Source: an uncultured Gammaproteobacteria bacterium (GTDB taxonomy: Bacteria > Patescibacteriota > Patescibacteriia > UBA9934 > GWF2-40-263). From it: a stretch of DNA of 64,000 nucleotides. Below, piece by piece: positions 37,076-47,278 of this stretch; within the stretch, counting starts at the first letter, position 1; each line of letters begins with the position of its first letter. Below the pieces are notes generated by a model. The model did no database searches and was not told the DNA's origin. It was given only the letters and a program-made list of their open reading frames with translations. The stretch lies in the NCBI GenBank assembly GCA_964399675.1, contig CAYNRK010000001.1, forward strand, positions 137,221 through 201,220, in the 5' to 3' direction. The position numbers were made by a program, and so were the translations under genes.

Positions 37076-37645
37076 ATGCGAGCACTCTTGCCTGACAGAG
37101 GGCGAGTCATCGGGTTCTGCGTCCTGATCAGCGCGATGCTGTTGCTGGCCGCAGTACCGGCAACCGCGGAGGTGAAGGCGACCGACCAGTCCCACGACGC
37201 GGACTCGGGGGTCATCTGCTTCCTGAACAACGACGCCAGCCAGGAGCTGACCTGCATCAACCGACGCGCAGAGTCGGACATGTGGGCGATCACCTGCGCG
37301 CTGCGGGACGGCGGCAAGTGCCTGAGCCGAGACAGCGAGCTCATCCTCGTGGACGGCAACCGCTTCATCATGCGAGACGGTCAGCTCATCCTCTGTGACG
37401 GCAACCGCTTCATCATGCGGGATGGGCAACCGCCGTTCATCATGAGGACACCAGCAACAGCTATGCTCCTGCTCAAGGAGATCGGGATGAACCACCCGGC
37501 GGTGGCGCTCCTGATCATGATGCGCGACGAGTTCATCATGCGCACGCCAACAACGCTCGCGCTCAAGAAGTGGCGCGGCGCAACCCAAGCGGTGTCCAAG
37601 GCCGAACTCACGGACGGGACCGCTCCGTTCTCGTTCTGCGTGTAG
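37076..37645 (+). CDS. Secreted hypothetical protein with repeated FIMR motif
   Basis: Signal peptide; SD AAGGAGG; internal 45-bp tandem repeat; GC-rich. Confidence 0.65.
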   Translation: MRALLPDRGRVIGFCVLISAMLLLAAVPATAEVKATDQSHDADSGVICFLNNDASQELTCINRRAESDMWAITCALRDGGKCLSRDSELILVDGNRFIMRDGQLILCDGNRFIMRDGQPPFIMRTPATAMLLLKEIGMNHPAVALLIMMRDEFIMRTPTTLALKKWRGATQAVSKAELTDGTAPFSFCV

Positions 37646-37783
37646 CGCGACCCCGGCGCAACGCACGAGACAACGGCTCCACACTCAAGGGTGTAGAAAA
37701 GCTGACTTCGGTCGGCTGCTCCTGCATCCTTTTTCATTTTCTTGTGTTTCCAAAGAGCTTTCTGTACATTGAATAGCACAACT

Positions 37784-38137
37784 ATGCCACTTATTGCCAA
37801 TATTCTTCTGGTTTGTTTTCACACACTTATTGCCTGGGTGCTTGTTGAAATTTTTGTGAATTTGTCGCATCGTCTAAAACGTTACGTGTTTATCATCTCT
37901 CACTATTTGTTTGTGGCGTTTGCTTTTACATCAACCTTTTTTCTCTACAACACTTTCTTTGTTACGTTTACCGCGTTTACCACCATGGCCATTGCCATGC
38001 TTTTTGTTTTCTTTCTTGAAATACTTGTCTTTAAATATATGTACAGTGGTGATAGATGGTTTTTGAATTATGTTGATTGGATTGTCCCGATTTTCATTGC
38101 TGCATCATCTATTTATTTTATAGGAATATTGGTTTGA
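37784..38137 (+). CDS. Small membrane protein
   Basis: 4 TM segments; shares HTLIAW and LN.V.W..P.F....IY with 34210-34590. Confidence 0.7.
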   Translation: MPLIANILLVCFHTLIAWVLVEIFVNLSHRLKRYVFIISHYLFVAFAFTSTFFLYNTFFVTFTAFTTMAIAMLFVFFLEILVFKYMYSGDRWFLNYVDWIVPIFIAASSIYFIGILV

Positions 38138-38170
38138 CGAAATGAGTCAAAAGAGTATTCTATCGACGGT

Positions 38171-39472
38171 ATGCCTGATACATTTCATATAACAGGAGGA
38201 CGTCCACTTAACGGAGAGGTTGTTCTGTCAGGAGCAAAAAATGGTGCGTCCAAAATGATGATTGCAAGTCTGCTTACTAACGAGCCGGTTGTTTTGAATA
38301 ATGTTCCTGTACAGCAGGAAACAAAAATCACACAGGAAATTATTGAAATGATTGGTGCACAAGTTGATTGGGTAGAAGATCATCGGTTGGATATTCATAC
38401 ACCAACCATAAAATCGACTTCTGTTCAAAACATTTCACGAAAAAATCGCATTAGCATTCTTACACTTGCACCACTTCTTCATAGAGCCGGCGAAGCATTT
38501 GTTGCGCTTCCTGGAGGGGATGATATTGGGCCTCGTCCTGTTGGTTTTCACATTACCGCTCTTCAAAAAATGGGTGCAAAGATAGAGGAAACAAAAGAAG
38601 GATTTCAGGCTTCTGTAAAAGGTCGTCTTAAAGGCGCTTTGATCGAACTTCCGTTTCCATCGGTTGGTGCAACTGAAACTTCAATCCTTGCAGGTGTGTT
38701 AGCAGATGGCCGTACCACTATTCGAAACGCAGCTATTGAGCCGGAAATTCAGGAGCTTGTAATGATGCTTCAGAAGATGGGGGCAATTGTTCAAATTAAT
38801 GCAAATCGGTCTATTGAAATTTTAGGGGTTGATCAGTTGCACACCACAACAGCTCGAGTTATGCCTGACCGAATTGAAGCTGCGTCATATGCTTCAATGG
38901 CACTTGGAACAAAAGGAGAAATTTTTGTGCGCGATGCTGAGCACAAACACATGATCACTTTTTTGAACACTGTTCGTAGACTTGGTGGTAACTATGAAGT
39001 AAAAGAAGACGGCATCCTTTTTCAAGGATCAGACGAATATAAAGGGATTGAACTTGAAACAGACACTCATCCCGGTTTTATGACCGATTGGCAACAGCCG
39101 TTTGTTGTTGCACTAACTCAAGCAAAAGGAACTTCGGTTGTTCACGAAACAGTATATGAAAAACGTTTTGGTTATACAGAAGCATTAAATAAAATGGGCG
39201 CTGACATTACTCTTTTTAAAAAATGTCTTGGCGAAATTGAATGCAGATTTAAAGGTGAAAATTATAAGCACTCTGCTGTTATAAACGGGCCAACCAAGTT
39301 GCATGCAACAGATGTAGAAGTGCAAGACATAAGAGCAGGGCTTGCGCTTGTAATTGGTGCGCTTGTTGCAGAGGGCACATCTGTTTTAACAAATATTAAA
39401 CATTTGGATCGCGGTTACGAGCGTCTTGAAGAAAAACTAAAAGGTGTTGGTGCTGTGATAGAACGCAAATAA
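38171..39472 (+). CDS. murA: UDP-N-acetylglucosamine 1-carboxyvinyltransferase
   Basis: SGAKN, LPGGDDIGPRPV, SVGATE, PGFMTDWQ, DIRAG, LDRGYE. Confidence 0.95.
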   Translation: MPDTFHITGGRPLNGEVVLSGAKNGASKMMIASLLTNEPVVLNNVPVQQETKITQEIIEMIGAQVDWVEDHRLDIHTPTIKSTSVQNISRKNRISILTLAPLLHRAGEAFVALPGGDDIGPRPVGFHITALQKMGAKIEETKEGFQASVKGRLKGALIELPFPSVGATETSILAGVLADGRTTIRNAAIEPEIQELVMMLQKMGAIVQINANRSIEILGVDQLHTTTARVMPDRIEAASYASMALGTKGEIFVRDAEHKHMITFLNTVRRLGGNYEVKEDGILFQGSDEYKGIELETDTHPGFMTDWQQPFVVALTQAKGTSVVHETVYEKRFGYTEALNKMGADITLFKKCLGEIECRFKGENYKHSAVINGPTKLHATDVEVQDIRAGLALVIGALVAEGTSVLTNIKHLDRGYERLEEKLKGVGAVIERK

Positions 39473-39476
39473 CTTT

Positions 39477-39551
39477 TGTCATCTCGACTAAGCGAGCTTT
39501 GCGAGCGCACGGAGAGATCTCTCGGCTCGCTGGTGCTCGCTCGAGATGACA
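39477..39551. repeat. Family C palindromic element
   Basis: tgtcatctcga...tcgagatgaca. Confidence 0.85.
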
Positions 39552-39567
39552 CGTATAATTTATAATT

Positions 39568-40251
39568 ATGCTTCTTAGTATTCTTTTTTCATCACCAGCT
39601 ATTGCTCTTGTATGGGTTGTTGCGATTTTTACTTCTCTTACCATTCATGAATTTTCTCATGCTCTTGCTGGAAAATTGCGTGGTGACAGAACAGCAGAAC
39701 GAGAAGGTCGTCTTACACTTAACCCTCTTGCGCACATTGATTTGATGGGGCTTATCCCTCTTTTTATTTTTGGGTTTGGTTGGGCAAAGCCTGTTCCGTT
39801 TAATCCGTATAATTTAAAAAATCCAAAATGGGATTCTGTTTTGATCGCGCTTGCGGGCCCTGCATCAAATTTAATTTTAGCAATCATTTCAGCAATAGCA
39901 TTTCGCATTCTGATTGGCACTGGTGTAATTGAAGGAATTAATCTGCTTGCAATCTTTTTATTCTTTTTGATTCTTTTAAATTTGTTTTTGTTATTTTTTA
40001 ACATTGTTCCAATCCATCCACTTGATGGCTCAAAACTTTTCTTTGCTTTGTTTGATAAACCACAGTACGCACAGTTGCGACAATGGGTTGCAGTCCGCGG
40101 CCCTCAAGTTTTAATGATCGCAATCGTAATAGCGATTCTCACAAACATAAACATTTTCTTTTTTGTCTCAGCTCCATCTTTTGCAACTTGTAATGCTTTA
40201 ATTGGAGGAAGTTGCAGTGGTTTTTTTGGAGCGATTTTTTCTCTTATTTAG
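39568..40251 (+). CDS. Site-2 protease (M50 family)
   Basis: HEFSH, GRLTLNPLAHID, LAGPASN, FNIVPIHPLDG. Confidence 0.93.
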   Translation: MLLSILFSSPAIALVWVVAIFTSLTIHEFSHALAGKLRGDRTAEREGRLTLNPLAHIDLMGLIPLFIFGFGWAKPVPFNPYNLKNPKWDSVLIALAGPASNLILAIISAIAFRILIGTGVIEGINLLAIFLFFLILLNLFLLFFNIVPIHPLDGSKLFFALFDKPQYAQLRQWVAVRGPQVLMIAIVIAILTNINIFFFVSAPSFATCNALIGGSCSGFFGAIFSLI

Positions 40252-40256
40252 CACCT

Positions 40257-40329
40257 TGTCATCTCGAGCTTGTCGAGAGATCTCGAAAACGCGAGATCCC
40301 TCGGCTCCCGTTGGTTGCTCGGGATGACA
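40257..40329. repeat. Family C palindromic element
   Basis: tgtcatctcgagc...gctcgggatgaca. Confidence 0.85.
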
Positions 40330-40333
40330 GGGG

Positions 40334-40374
40334 TGCGTGAAACTCCACCGGCTCTGCCGGTGGAGTTTCACGCA
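40334..40374. repeat. 19-bp-stem inverted repeat
   Basis: tgcgtgaaactccaccggc-tct-gccggtggagtttcacgca. Confidence 0.85.
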
Positions 40375-40394
40375 AAGCATTCACAATAAAAGTA

Positions 40395-40423
40395 TTGACG
40401 GTTTAAAAGGCTCATGTTATCCT
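40395..40423 (+). promoter_or_regulatory. rpsL promoter (near-leaderless)
   Basis: TTGACG-17-TATCCT with extended TG; ATG 9 nt after the -10. Confidence 0.65.
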
Positions 40424-40432
40424 TTCCGCGCT

Positions 40433-40852
40433 ATGCCTACAGTAAACCAGCTGATCCGCAAGGGTCGAAAAACAAAAGCAGATAAAAGCAAATCACCAGC
40501 AATGCAATATACGCTGGATTCTTTGCATCGCAAACGTACATCTTTGAAAAAAGGAAGCGCTTTTAAGCGAGGTGTTTGTGTGAAAGTCACAACAAAGACT
40601 CCAAAGAAACCAAACTCAGCTATTCGAAAAGTTGCTCGTGTGCGCTTGTCAAACGGAACAGAAGTCAATGCTTATATTCCAGGTGAGGGTCACAACTTGC
40701 AAGAGCACTCAATCGTAATGATCAGAGGTGGGCGTGTGAAAGATTTGCCGGGAGTTCGTTACCACATTGTTCGTGGTGTTTATGACACTCAAGGTGTTGA
40801 CGGAAGAAAACAGAGTAGGTCAAAGTACGGAGTGAAAAAGCCAAAAAAATAA
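40433..40852 (+). CDS. rpsL: 30S ribosomal protein S12
   Basis: [20 protein letters not shown]. Confidence 0.98.
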   Translation: MPTVNQLIRKGRKTKADKSKSPAMQYTLDSLHRKRTSLKKGSAFKRGVCVKVTTKTPKKPNSAIRKVARVRLSNGTEVNAYIPGEGHNLQEHSIVMIRGGRVKDLPGVRYHIVRGVYDTQGVDGRKQSRSKYGVKKPKK

Positions 40853-40858
40853 ATCCTT

Positions 40859-40993
40859 TGTCATCCCGAGCGAAGCCGAGGGATCTCGCATATTCGAGAT
40901 TTCTCCACTCGCGGAGCCTGTCCTGAGCGAACGAGGTGAGTCGAATGGGCTCGGTCGAAATGACATTAGTAAACAGGCTCGGTCGAGATGACA
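40859..40993. repeat. Family C palindromic element with duplicated right end
   Basis: About 90 bp identical in inverted orientation to 63792-63882. Confidence 0.9.
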
Positions 40994-41061
40994 CGTTAAA
41001 AAACGATGGAGTACCTCGACCATGTCCGGGGGAATAGATTCCATTAGACTAAGTCAAAACT

Positions 41062-41529
41062 ATGCGTGGGAAAAAAGCAACAAAACGTCAGATTATCCCT
41101 GATCCAAAGTTTGGCAATGTACAAGTTGCCAAGCTTATTAATTATGTGATGAAAGATGGAAAGAAGACTACTGCTCAAAAAGTGATTTACGATACTCTTG
41201 ACATCATTTCAGACAAAACAAAACAAGACGCACTTGATGTATTTGAACAAGCTCTCAAAAATGTCATGCCAACACTTGAGGTGAAATCAAAACGTGTTGG
41301 TGGAGCCAACTATCAAATCCCAATGTCTGTTCGTGGCGACCGTCGATATGTTCTTGCATATAGATGGATCATCACAGCAGCAAGAACAAAGAAAGGCCGT
41401 CGCATGGCTGAAAAACTTGCAGACGAACTCATTGCAGCTTCAAACAACGAAGGCGATGCTATTAAAAAGAAAAACGACGTGCAAAAAATGGCCGAGGCCA
41501 ATAGAGCATTTGCACATTTTGCAAGGTAA
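41062..41529 (+). CDS. rpsG: 30S ribosomal protein S7
   Basis: [21 protein letters not shown]. Confidence 0.98.
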   Translation: MRGKKATKRQIIPDPKFGNVQVAKLINYVMKDGKKTTAQKVIYDTLDIISDKTKQDALDVFEQALKNVMPTLEVKSKRVGGANYQIPMSVRGDRRYVLAYRWIITAARTKKGRRMAEKLADELIAASNNEGDAIKKKNDVQKMAEANRAFAHFAR

Positions 41530-41634
41530 GTATAAAAAGAAACTAATAGAAATAAATTGAAATAGATGGAAATAGGTTGAATACAACTTTATTTCTACAT
41601 ATTTCTACTATATTTCAACCTATTTCTACAAAAT

Positions 41635-43728
41635 ATGCCTAGATCATACTCACTTGATAAAATTCGCAACTTTGGAATTTTTGCGCACATTGATGCCGGA
41701 AAAACAACCGTGTCAGAGCGCATCCTGTTTTACACAGGAAAGAAACACAAAATTGGAGAGGTGCATGAGGGAGAAGCAACAATGGACTGGATGGAACAAG
41801 AGCAAGAGCGTGGGATCACTATCACATCTGCTGCAACCACAGCATTTTGGAAAGATCACCGTTTAAATCTTATTGATACTCCGGGTCACATTGATTTTAC
41901 TGTTGAGGTAAAACGTTCAATGCGAGTTCTTGATGGAGGTGTTGCTGTGTTTGATGGTGTTGCAGGTGTTGAACCACAGTCTGAAACCAACTGGCGATAT
42001 GCGGATGAATATAAAGTTCCAAGACTTGTTTTCATTAACAAACTGGATAGAACCGGAGCAGATTTTTACAAGGACCTAGATTCTGTTCACGACCGATTAA
42101 CAAAAAACGCACATCCGATTCAACTTCCTATTGGTGCTGAGGCAAATTTTTCAGGTGTGATTGATCTTATTAAAAATAAGGCTTTTATTTATAAAGATGA
42201 TCTTGGGCGTGAAATTGAAGAAACAGAAATTCCAGATGATATGAAAGCATTGGCAGAAGAGTGGCGAGGAAAACTTTTTGAAGCTGTTGCAGAAAACGAT
42301 GAAGCATTAATGAATAAATATCTTGGAGGCGAAGAGCTTGATATTAAAGAAGTGAAAGCTGTTATTAGAAAAGCAACAATTGCAAATGATTTTATTCCAG
42401 TGCTTTGTGGGACTGCTCTAAAAAATAAAGGAGTACAGCTTTTGCTTGACGCTGTTGTAGATTATTTGCCAAATCCATTGGAAGTACCACCTGTTCAAGG
42501 TATTGATCCGGATGATGAGGAAAAGGTACTTACACGAAAGGCAGATGACAATGAGCCTTTTGCTGCTCTTGCTTTTAAAATTGCTGCAGATCCGTTTGTT
42601 GGAAAGCTTGCATTTTTCCGCGTGTACTCAGGTATGGTCAAAGCTGGTTCTTATATTTTGAATTCATCAACAGGAAAAAAAGAACGTGTTGGACGCATTG
42701 TGCGCTTGCACGCAAATTCACGTGAAGAAGTGCCTGATGTGTTTGCCGGAGAAATTGCTGCAATGGTTGGACTTAAAGAAACATTTACCGGACACTCGCT
42801 TTGTGATCCGGATCATCCAATAATTCTTGAGGCCATTACATTTCCAGAGCCGGTTATCTCGATTGCGATTGAACCAAAAACAAAACCAGACCAAGAAAAA
42901 ATGGCTATTGCACTTCAAAAGCTTGCTGAAGAAGATCCAACTTTCCGTGTTCGAACAGACGAGGAAACAAATCAGGTTATTATTTCAGGAATGGGAGAGT
43001 TGCATTTGGATATTATTGTCGAACGTCTTAAGCGCGAGTTCAGTGTTGAATGTAATGTTGGAACACCGCAAGTTTCTTATCGAGAAACAATCAAGGGAGA
43101 TTCAGAAGGAGAAGGAAAGTATATTCGACAAACTGGTGGTCGCGGACAGTATGGTCATTGTCAGGTCAAAATTGAAAAGTTAGAACCAGGTTCTGGAATC
43201 GAATTTGAAGAAAAGATTAAGGGAGGCTCAGTTCCGCGCGAGTACTTTAATGCAATTGAAAAAGGGTACAGAGAAGCAACCGAACGTGGTGTTATTGCTG
43301 GGTATCCAATTCTGGATGTAAAAATGACTTTGCTTGATGGAAGTTATCACGAAGTTGACTCTTCAGAAGCTGCCTTTAAGATTGCCGGTTCTATGGCATT
43401 CCAGGATGCTGCAAAGAAAGCAGGTCTTGAGTTGCTTGAGCCAATGATGAAAGTTGAAGCTATAACACCGGAAGATTTTATGGGAACTGTTGTGGGAGAT
43501 TTAAATGCAAAGCGAGGACAGATTCAGGAAATGTCGGATCGGTCCGGGGCAAAGGCGATTTCAGCTTTTGTGCCGCTTGCAGAAATGTTTGGTTATGCAA
43601 CAACACTTAGATCGCTTACCCAAGGTAGAGCAAGTTATTCCATGGAATTTGATCATTACAGTGCAGTGCCATCAAATGTTGCAAAAGAAATTATTGAAAA
43701 ACGTGGAGGTGGTGGTTCGAAAAAATAA
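41635..43728 (+). CDS. fusA: Elongation factor G
   Basis: [28 protein letters not shown]. Confidence 0.98.
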   Translation: MPRSYSLDKIRNFGIFAHIDAGKTTVSERILFYTGKKHKIGEVHEGEATMDWMEQEQERGITITSAATTAFWKDHRLNLIDTPGHIDFTVEVKRSMRVLDGGVAVFDGVAGVEPQSETNWRYADEYKVPRLVFINKLDRTGADFYKDLDSVHDRLTKNAHPIQLPIGAEANFSGVIDLIKNKAFIYKDDLGREIEETEIPDDMKALAEEWRGKLFEAVAENDEALMNKYLGGEELDIKEVKAVIRKATIANDFIPVLCGTALKNKGVQLLLDAVVDYLPNPLEVPPVQGIDPDDEEKVLTRKADDNEPFAALAFKIAADPFVGKLAFFRVYSGMVKAGSYILNSSTGKKERVGRIVRLHANSREEVPDVFAGEIAAMVGLKETFTGHSLCDPDHPIILEAITFPEPVISIAIEPKTKPDQEKMAIALQKLAEEDPTFRVRTDEETNQVIISGMGELHLDIIVERLKREFSVECNVGTPQVSYRETIKGDSEGEGKYIRQTGGRGQYGHCQVKIEKLEPGSGIEFEEKIKGGSVPREYFNAIEKGYREATERGVIAGYPILDVKMTLLDGSYHEVDSSEAAFKIAGSMAFQDAAKKAGLELLEPMMKVEAITPEDFMGTVVGDLNAKRGQIQEMSDRSGAKAISAFVPLAEMFGYATTLRSLTQGRASYSMEFDHYSAVPSNVAKEIIEKRGGGGSKK

Positions 43729-43758
43729 AAATTGAAAAAGAAAAATGAGGCCCAGGCC

Positions 43759-44298
43759 TCATTTTTTGTATGTCACAACATCACCCAAATCTTGTTCAGG
43801 TTCCCAATCCGGAAACTTAAAAGCATTAGAAATAATCCGCCCACCTTCTTTAAGTTCTTGCATTACCTTTTTTTCAATTCCTTTCATAGAGAAAGGAATT
43901 TGATACAAGAGAATCACATCAACATCAGATAAGTCAGCTTTCCAAAACGATTTCTTTTTGATTTCAATTTTATCCTCAAGTCCCAGTTTTTTTATGTGTC
44001 TTCTGGAAAGTCTTACAAGCCCTGGGTGAACTTCATATCCAACTGCTGATTTTGCTCCTGCCTTAATGGCAGCAACCAGCAACCGACCGTCTCCTGAGCC
44101 CAAGTCCACAACATGATCGGTCTCTTTTATTTTTGCAAGCTTGATCATCCTTTTTACTTTTGCAGGTTCTGTTGCAACATAAGGCGCTCCTCGATTAATG
44201 AGCGGGATCAACATGCCGCCAAACCAATAGAGCACTACTAAAGCCACTATTAAAATGACAAGCAAGAAAAAAAGAAGTAAAAATGTGATAGGATCCAT
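43759..44298 (-). CDS. Membrane-anchored class I SAM methyltransferase
   Basis: N-terminal TM helix; GAPYV, VDLGSGDGR, IISNAF. Confidence 0.88.
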   Translation of the reverse strand: MDPITFLLLFFLLVILIVALVVLYWFGGMLIPLINRGAPYVATEPAKVKRMIKLAKIKETDHVVDLGSGDGRLLVAAIKAGAKSAVGYEVHPGLVRLSRRHIKKLGLEDKIEIKKKSFWKADLSDVDVILLYQIPFSMKGIEKKVMQELKEGGRIISNAFKFPDWEPEQDLGDVVTYKK

Positions 44299-44303
44299 AA
44301 AGT

Positions 44304-45341
44304 ATGACTGTTTCAAAAAAGGTATTAGCTCAATATGAGATTGGAAAAGTGAAGTCAGTAAAGCCAGTTGAATCTGGTTTGGTTCATAATACGTTTGCAA
44401 TCAAAACATCTACCGGTGATTATATCATTCAAAAGCTTCATCCCATACTTTCTGATCAAGGAACAGCCAGAGATTTTTTGGCTGTGGCTGAACATCTTGA
44501 AAAGGAAGAATTTTTAGCACCCAAGTGTGTGCTTAGTAAAACAGGGAAAGTTTTAGCTCGTGAAGGAAAAGAGGTTTGGAGAATGCAAACAAAATTGTCA
44601 GGCAACACATACGACGTTATAAAGGATCTTTCAATGCTCAGAGAAGCTGGAAAAATTTATGCGCAGTTTCACAAGACAATGGACCACATGGATTATAAGT
44701 TTAAATCAAAATTGGTTTTGCACGAGACAGAGAAGATTTATAAGAAGTTTTTAAAAATTCTCCCCCTTTTCAAGGGGGAGTTAGAGGGGGTTAGTAATGA
44801 GGTTGAGTTTATAAAAAAAGAATTTCCAAAATATTTTTTGCCAAAAAGTTTGCCGCTTAGAGTAATTCATGGAGATCCAAAAGTATCGAATATTTTGTTT
44901 AAGAAGGTCCCCCCCCTTTTCAAGGGGGGGTTAGGGGGGGTTACCGCTGCTGCAATTATTGATTTGGATACTTGTAGTCGCAGTTCGATTCTGGTTGAGC
45001 TTGGCGATGCGTTTAGATCCTGGTGTGGTAATGAAGAAGATGATCCAAAGAACAGGTTTTGTCTTCGCAAGTTTCGTTCAGCTTGGTCTGGGTATAAAAA
45101 AGGCTCTGATGGGTTTTTAACAGCCAGAGAAAAAAGTTTGATTCCAAAGTGTATTGGTACAATCACACTTGAACTAGCTTGTAGATTTTTAACAGATTAT
45201 TTTGAAGATAGTTATTTTGGTTGGGACTCAAAGCGTTACAAATCCAGAAAAGAACATAACTTGGCGCGATGCCGCGGACAGATAAAAGAGTTTCAAGATT
45301 ATAAAAAAAAGCTTTCGAAAATAAGAAGAGTGGTCAATTGA
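44304..45341 (+). CDS. Aminoglycoside phosphotransferase-family kinase (N-acetylhexosamine kinase-like)
   Basis: RVIHGDPKVSNILF, IIDLDT, LGDAFRS, RFLTDY. Confidence 0.85.
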   Translation: MTVSKKVLAQYEIGKVKSVKPVESGLVHNTFAIKTSTGDYIIQKLHPILSDQGTARDFLAVAEHLEKEEFLAPKCVLSKTGKVLAREGKEVWRMQTKLSGNTYDVIKDLSMLREAGKIYAQFHKTMDHMDYKFKSKLVLHETEKIYKKFLKILPLFKGELEGVSNEVEFIKKEFPKYFLPKSLPLRVIHGDPKVSNILFKKVPPLFKGGLGGVTAAAIIDLDTCSRSSILVELGDAFRSWCGNEEDDPKNRFCLRKFRSAWSGYKKGSDGFLTAREKSLIPKCIGTITLELACRFLTDYFEDSYFGWDSKRYKSRKEHNLARCRGQIKEFQDYKKKLSKIRRVVN

Positions 45342-45374
45342 CATAAAGTTTCCATATGGAAACTTTATGTCAAT
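45337..45374. repeat. Perfect 38-bp palindrome
   Basis: attgacataaagtttccat|atggaaactttatgtcaat. Confidence 0.9.
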
Positions 45375-45382
45375 GTGTTAGC

Positions 45383-45583
45383 AAAAACAAAACAACTCCC
45401 GATTGAGAGTCGTTTCTTGTCCACCGAAGCCTCTTGGCGAAGGTGGATACATCTGAATGTTGAGATTTCGTTTCAGGCTTGCAGTGTTACTTTATCCTGT
45501 TCATCAACCTCTTTCCTGTGCAGCTATAGTTCAGATGTCTTCTGTTTGGACTAATCCAGACAGGTATCACGTGATTGCACAAG
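45383..45583 (-). ncRNA. Candidate stand-alone small RNA
   Basis: Promoter TTGACA(45612-45617)-17-TAGTAT; terminator at 45383-45415; stems acatctgaa/ttcagatgt, gttga/tcaac, cagg/cctg; no sizeable ORF. Confidence 0.5.
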
Positions 45584-45719
45584 AGGGAATACTACCATAT
45601 ATAGGCGATTTTGTCAACCCCAAAGAGTCATTTCCCCCCTTTTCAAGGGGGGATTAAGGGAGGTTAGCATAAAATAAAGCAAATTGAAAAGCCCGCCTTT
45701 TGAGCGGACTGAGTGGCTG

Positions 45720-47057
45720 TTAGGCCGGGAGTTCGTAGCGGACTACGTGGAAGGTATTGTCGACTACGAACCAGCTCATCACAGCATGACCATCGACCTC
45801 AGTGAGGCGATCGAAGTCTGAGTAGAGCGGGAAGGTGCCGACCCCAGAGATCGAGTAAGGAGGCATCCTGGACCAGGAGAAGATGTCCGAAGAACCGCCT
45901 GCCCACATGGTCAATCCATCGTGGAGCCGGCGATATATGGGAATGTGTCTGGTGGTAACCGCTGGAGTGACGAGCGACTCAACGCCGTCTTCTGAGAACC
46001 ACACGACAGGTCTGGCCTGGTTTCCATCGGCTTCGTGTCCGATGATCGCGACGCCATTGGGGAGCACAACAATGTCTTCAACGGACAAGATGCGTTTGTG
46101 AGGGAGTCGGCGATTGCTGGCTGAATGCTCGCGCAGGGTGAGCGTCTTCCCATCATCTGAATGTACCCAGAACGTCCTGCCATCTTTCGCGAAGATCTTG
46201 TCATTGCGACAGAATCCATTCCCACCCATCCCATTGGGGGTATGGGAGTTCAGGTAGTTGCCATCAGTTGTGCTGACATGCAACACACCGTCATCATCAA
46301 GGAACAGGCTGTTTGGGATGATCCGATCTTCGTTCCTGAGCTTGATCACCTGACGGCCAAACAGAACCTCTTTGTAGTCTGAACAGCGATGTACAATCGC
46401 AGGAGTGTTATCGCTTCTTGCGACCTTGAGAACGGTTCGTTCGTCCTTTGCCCAGAGAACATCTTCTTCAAAGACCAAGCGGCGGTGTTCCTCACTTTGG
46501 CAGAAGACCCGCACAAACTGTTGGCGATCGTCGGATCTGTCATTTCCTGGGTCAAAGGAAACTGCACACCACTTCGAGCACCCTGCTGTCCAGAAGGTTG
46601 GCGCTTCGATCGGGGTCAGATCCAGATCGAATTCCCAGTCGCCCCAACGAACACCGAAGTGCTCAGCTTCTGCATCTGTGTAAACGAACGCCAGTTTGTT
46701 GCTTCCCTCAGGGAAGTGCGGGTACAGAAGATTGTCTGTATTGTCGATCGGTTCAGAAAGACCCGAAGTAGCTGTCCAGGTTCGAACACCCCGCTTTTGA
46801 TCCCCCACGGCACTGCAGACAAGCGCGATCGTTCCGTCGTGTGCAATGCACACGCTGTCATGGATCACGTTGACTCCTGGCGGGAGTCGAAATGCGTGCG
46901 TTACGTGCGGAGGCAGGCCGATGGGCTTTCCAGCAAGAACTTTGACCGCCTGTTCAAGTCTACCTGGACTGACCTTGCCTGGATGAGCACCAAGGTATAC
47001 AAGGATTTGCGCAAGCGCTTTTTCTCTTCGTGTTGGTCCTACTACTGGACTTGCCAT
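45720..47057 (-). CDS. Hypothetical protein, possibly beta-rich/propeller-like
   Basis: 445-aa ORF; GC-richer; SD-like AAGGA. Confidence 0.65.
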   Translation of the reverse strand: MASPVVGPTRREKALAQILVYLGAHPGKVSPGRLEQAVKVLAGKPIGLPPHVTHAFRLPPGVNVIHDSVCIAHDGTIALVCSAVGDQKRGVRTWTATSGLSEPIDNTDNLLYPHFPEGSNKLAFVYTDAEAEHFGVRWGDWEFDLDLTPIEAPTFWTAGCSKWCAVSFDPGNDRSDDRQQFVRVFCQSEEHRRLVFEEDVLWAKDERTVLKVARSDNTPAIVHRCSDYKEVLFGRQVIKLRNEDRIIPNSLFLDDDGVLHVSTTDGNYLNSHTPNGMGGNGFCRNDKIFAKDGRTFWVHSDDGKTLTLREHSASNRRLPHKRILSVEDIVVLPNGVAIIGHEADGNQARPVVWFSEDGVESLVTPAVTTRHIPIYRRLHDGLTMWAGGSSDIFSWSRMPPYSISGVGTFPLYSDFDRLTEVDGHAVMSWFVVDNTFHVVRYELPA

Positions 47058-47278
47058 GATGAAAGGTCCTTTGCCCGGTCAAAAGACTTACATTTGCGCC
47101 GAAGTTTTCCCCGGACGCACTTGATTGCTTTTGCCGAACTTTAGTGATTGCCACGGGATTGTGACGAAGTTATCTCAACACAATCCATATTTTGAGTCAA
47201 TAAATTAAATTGAAAAGCCGTTCGTCACCAGGTGGTGTCGAACGGCTCGTGAGTGGTTGTTGCCCTGAAAGGGCTTGT

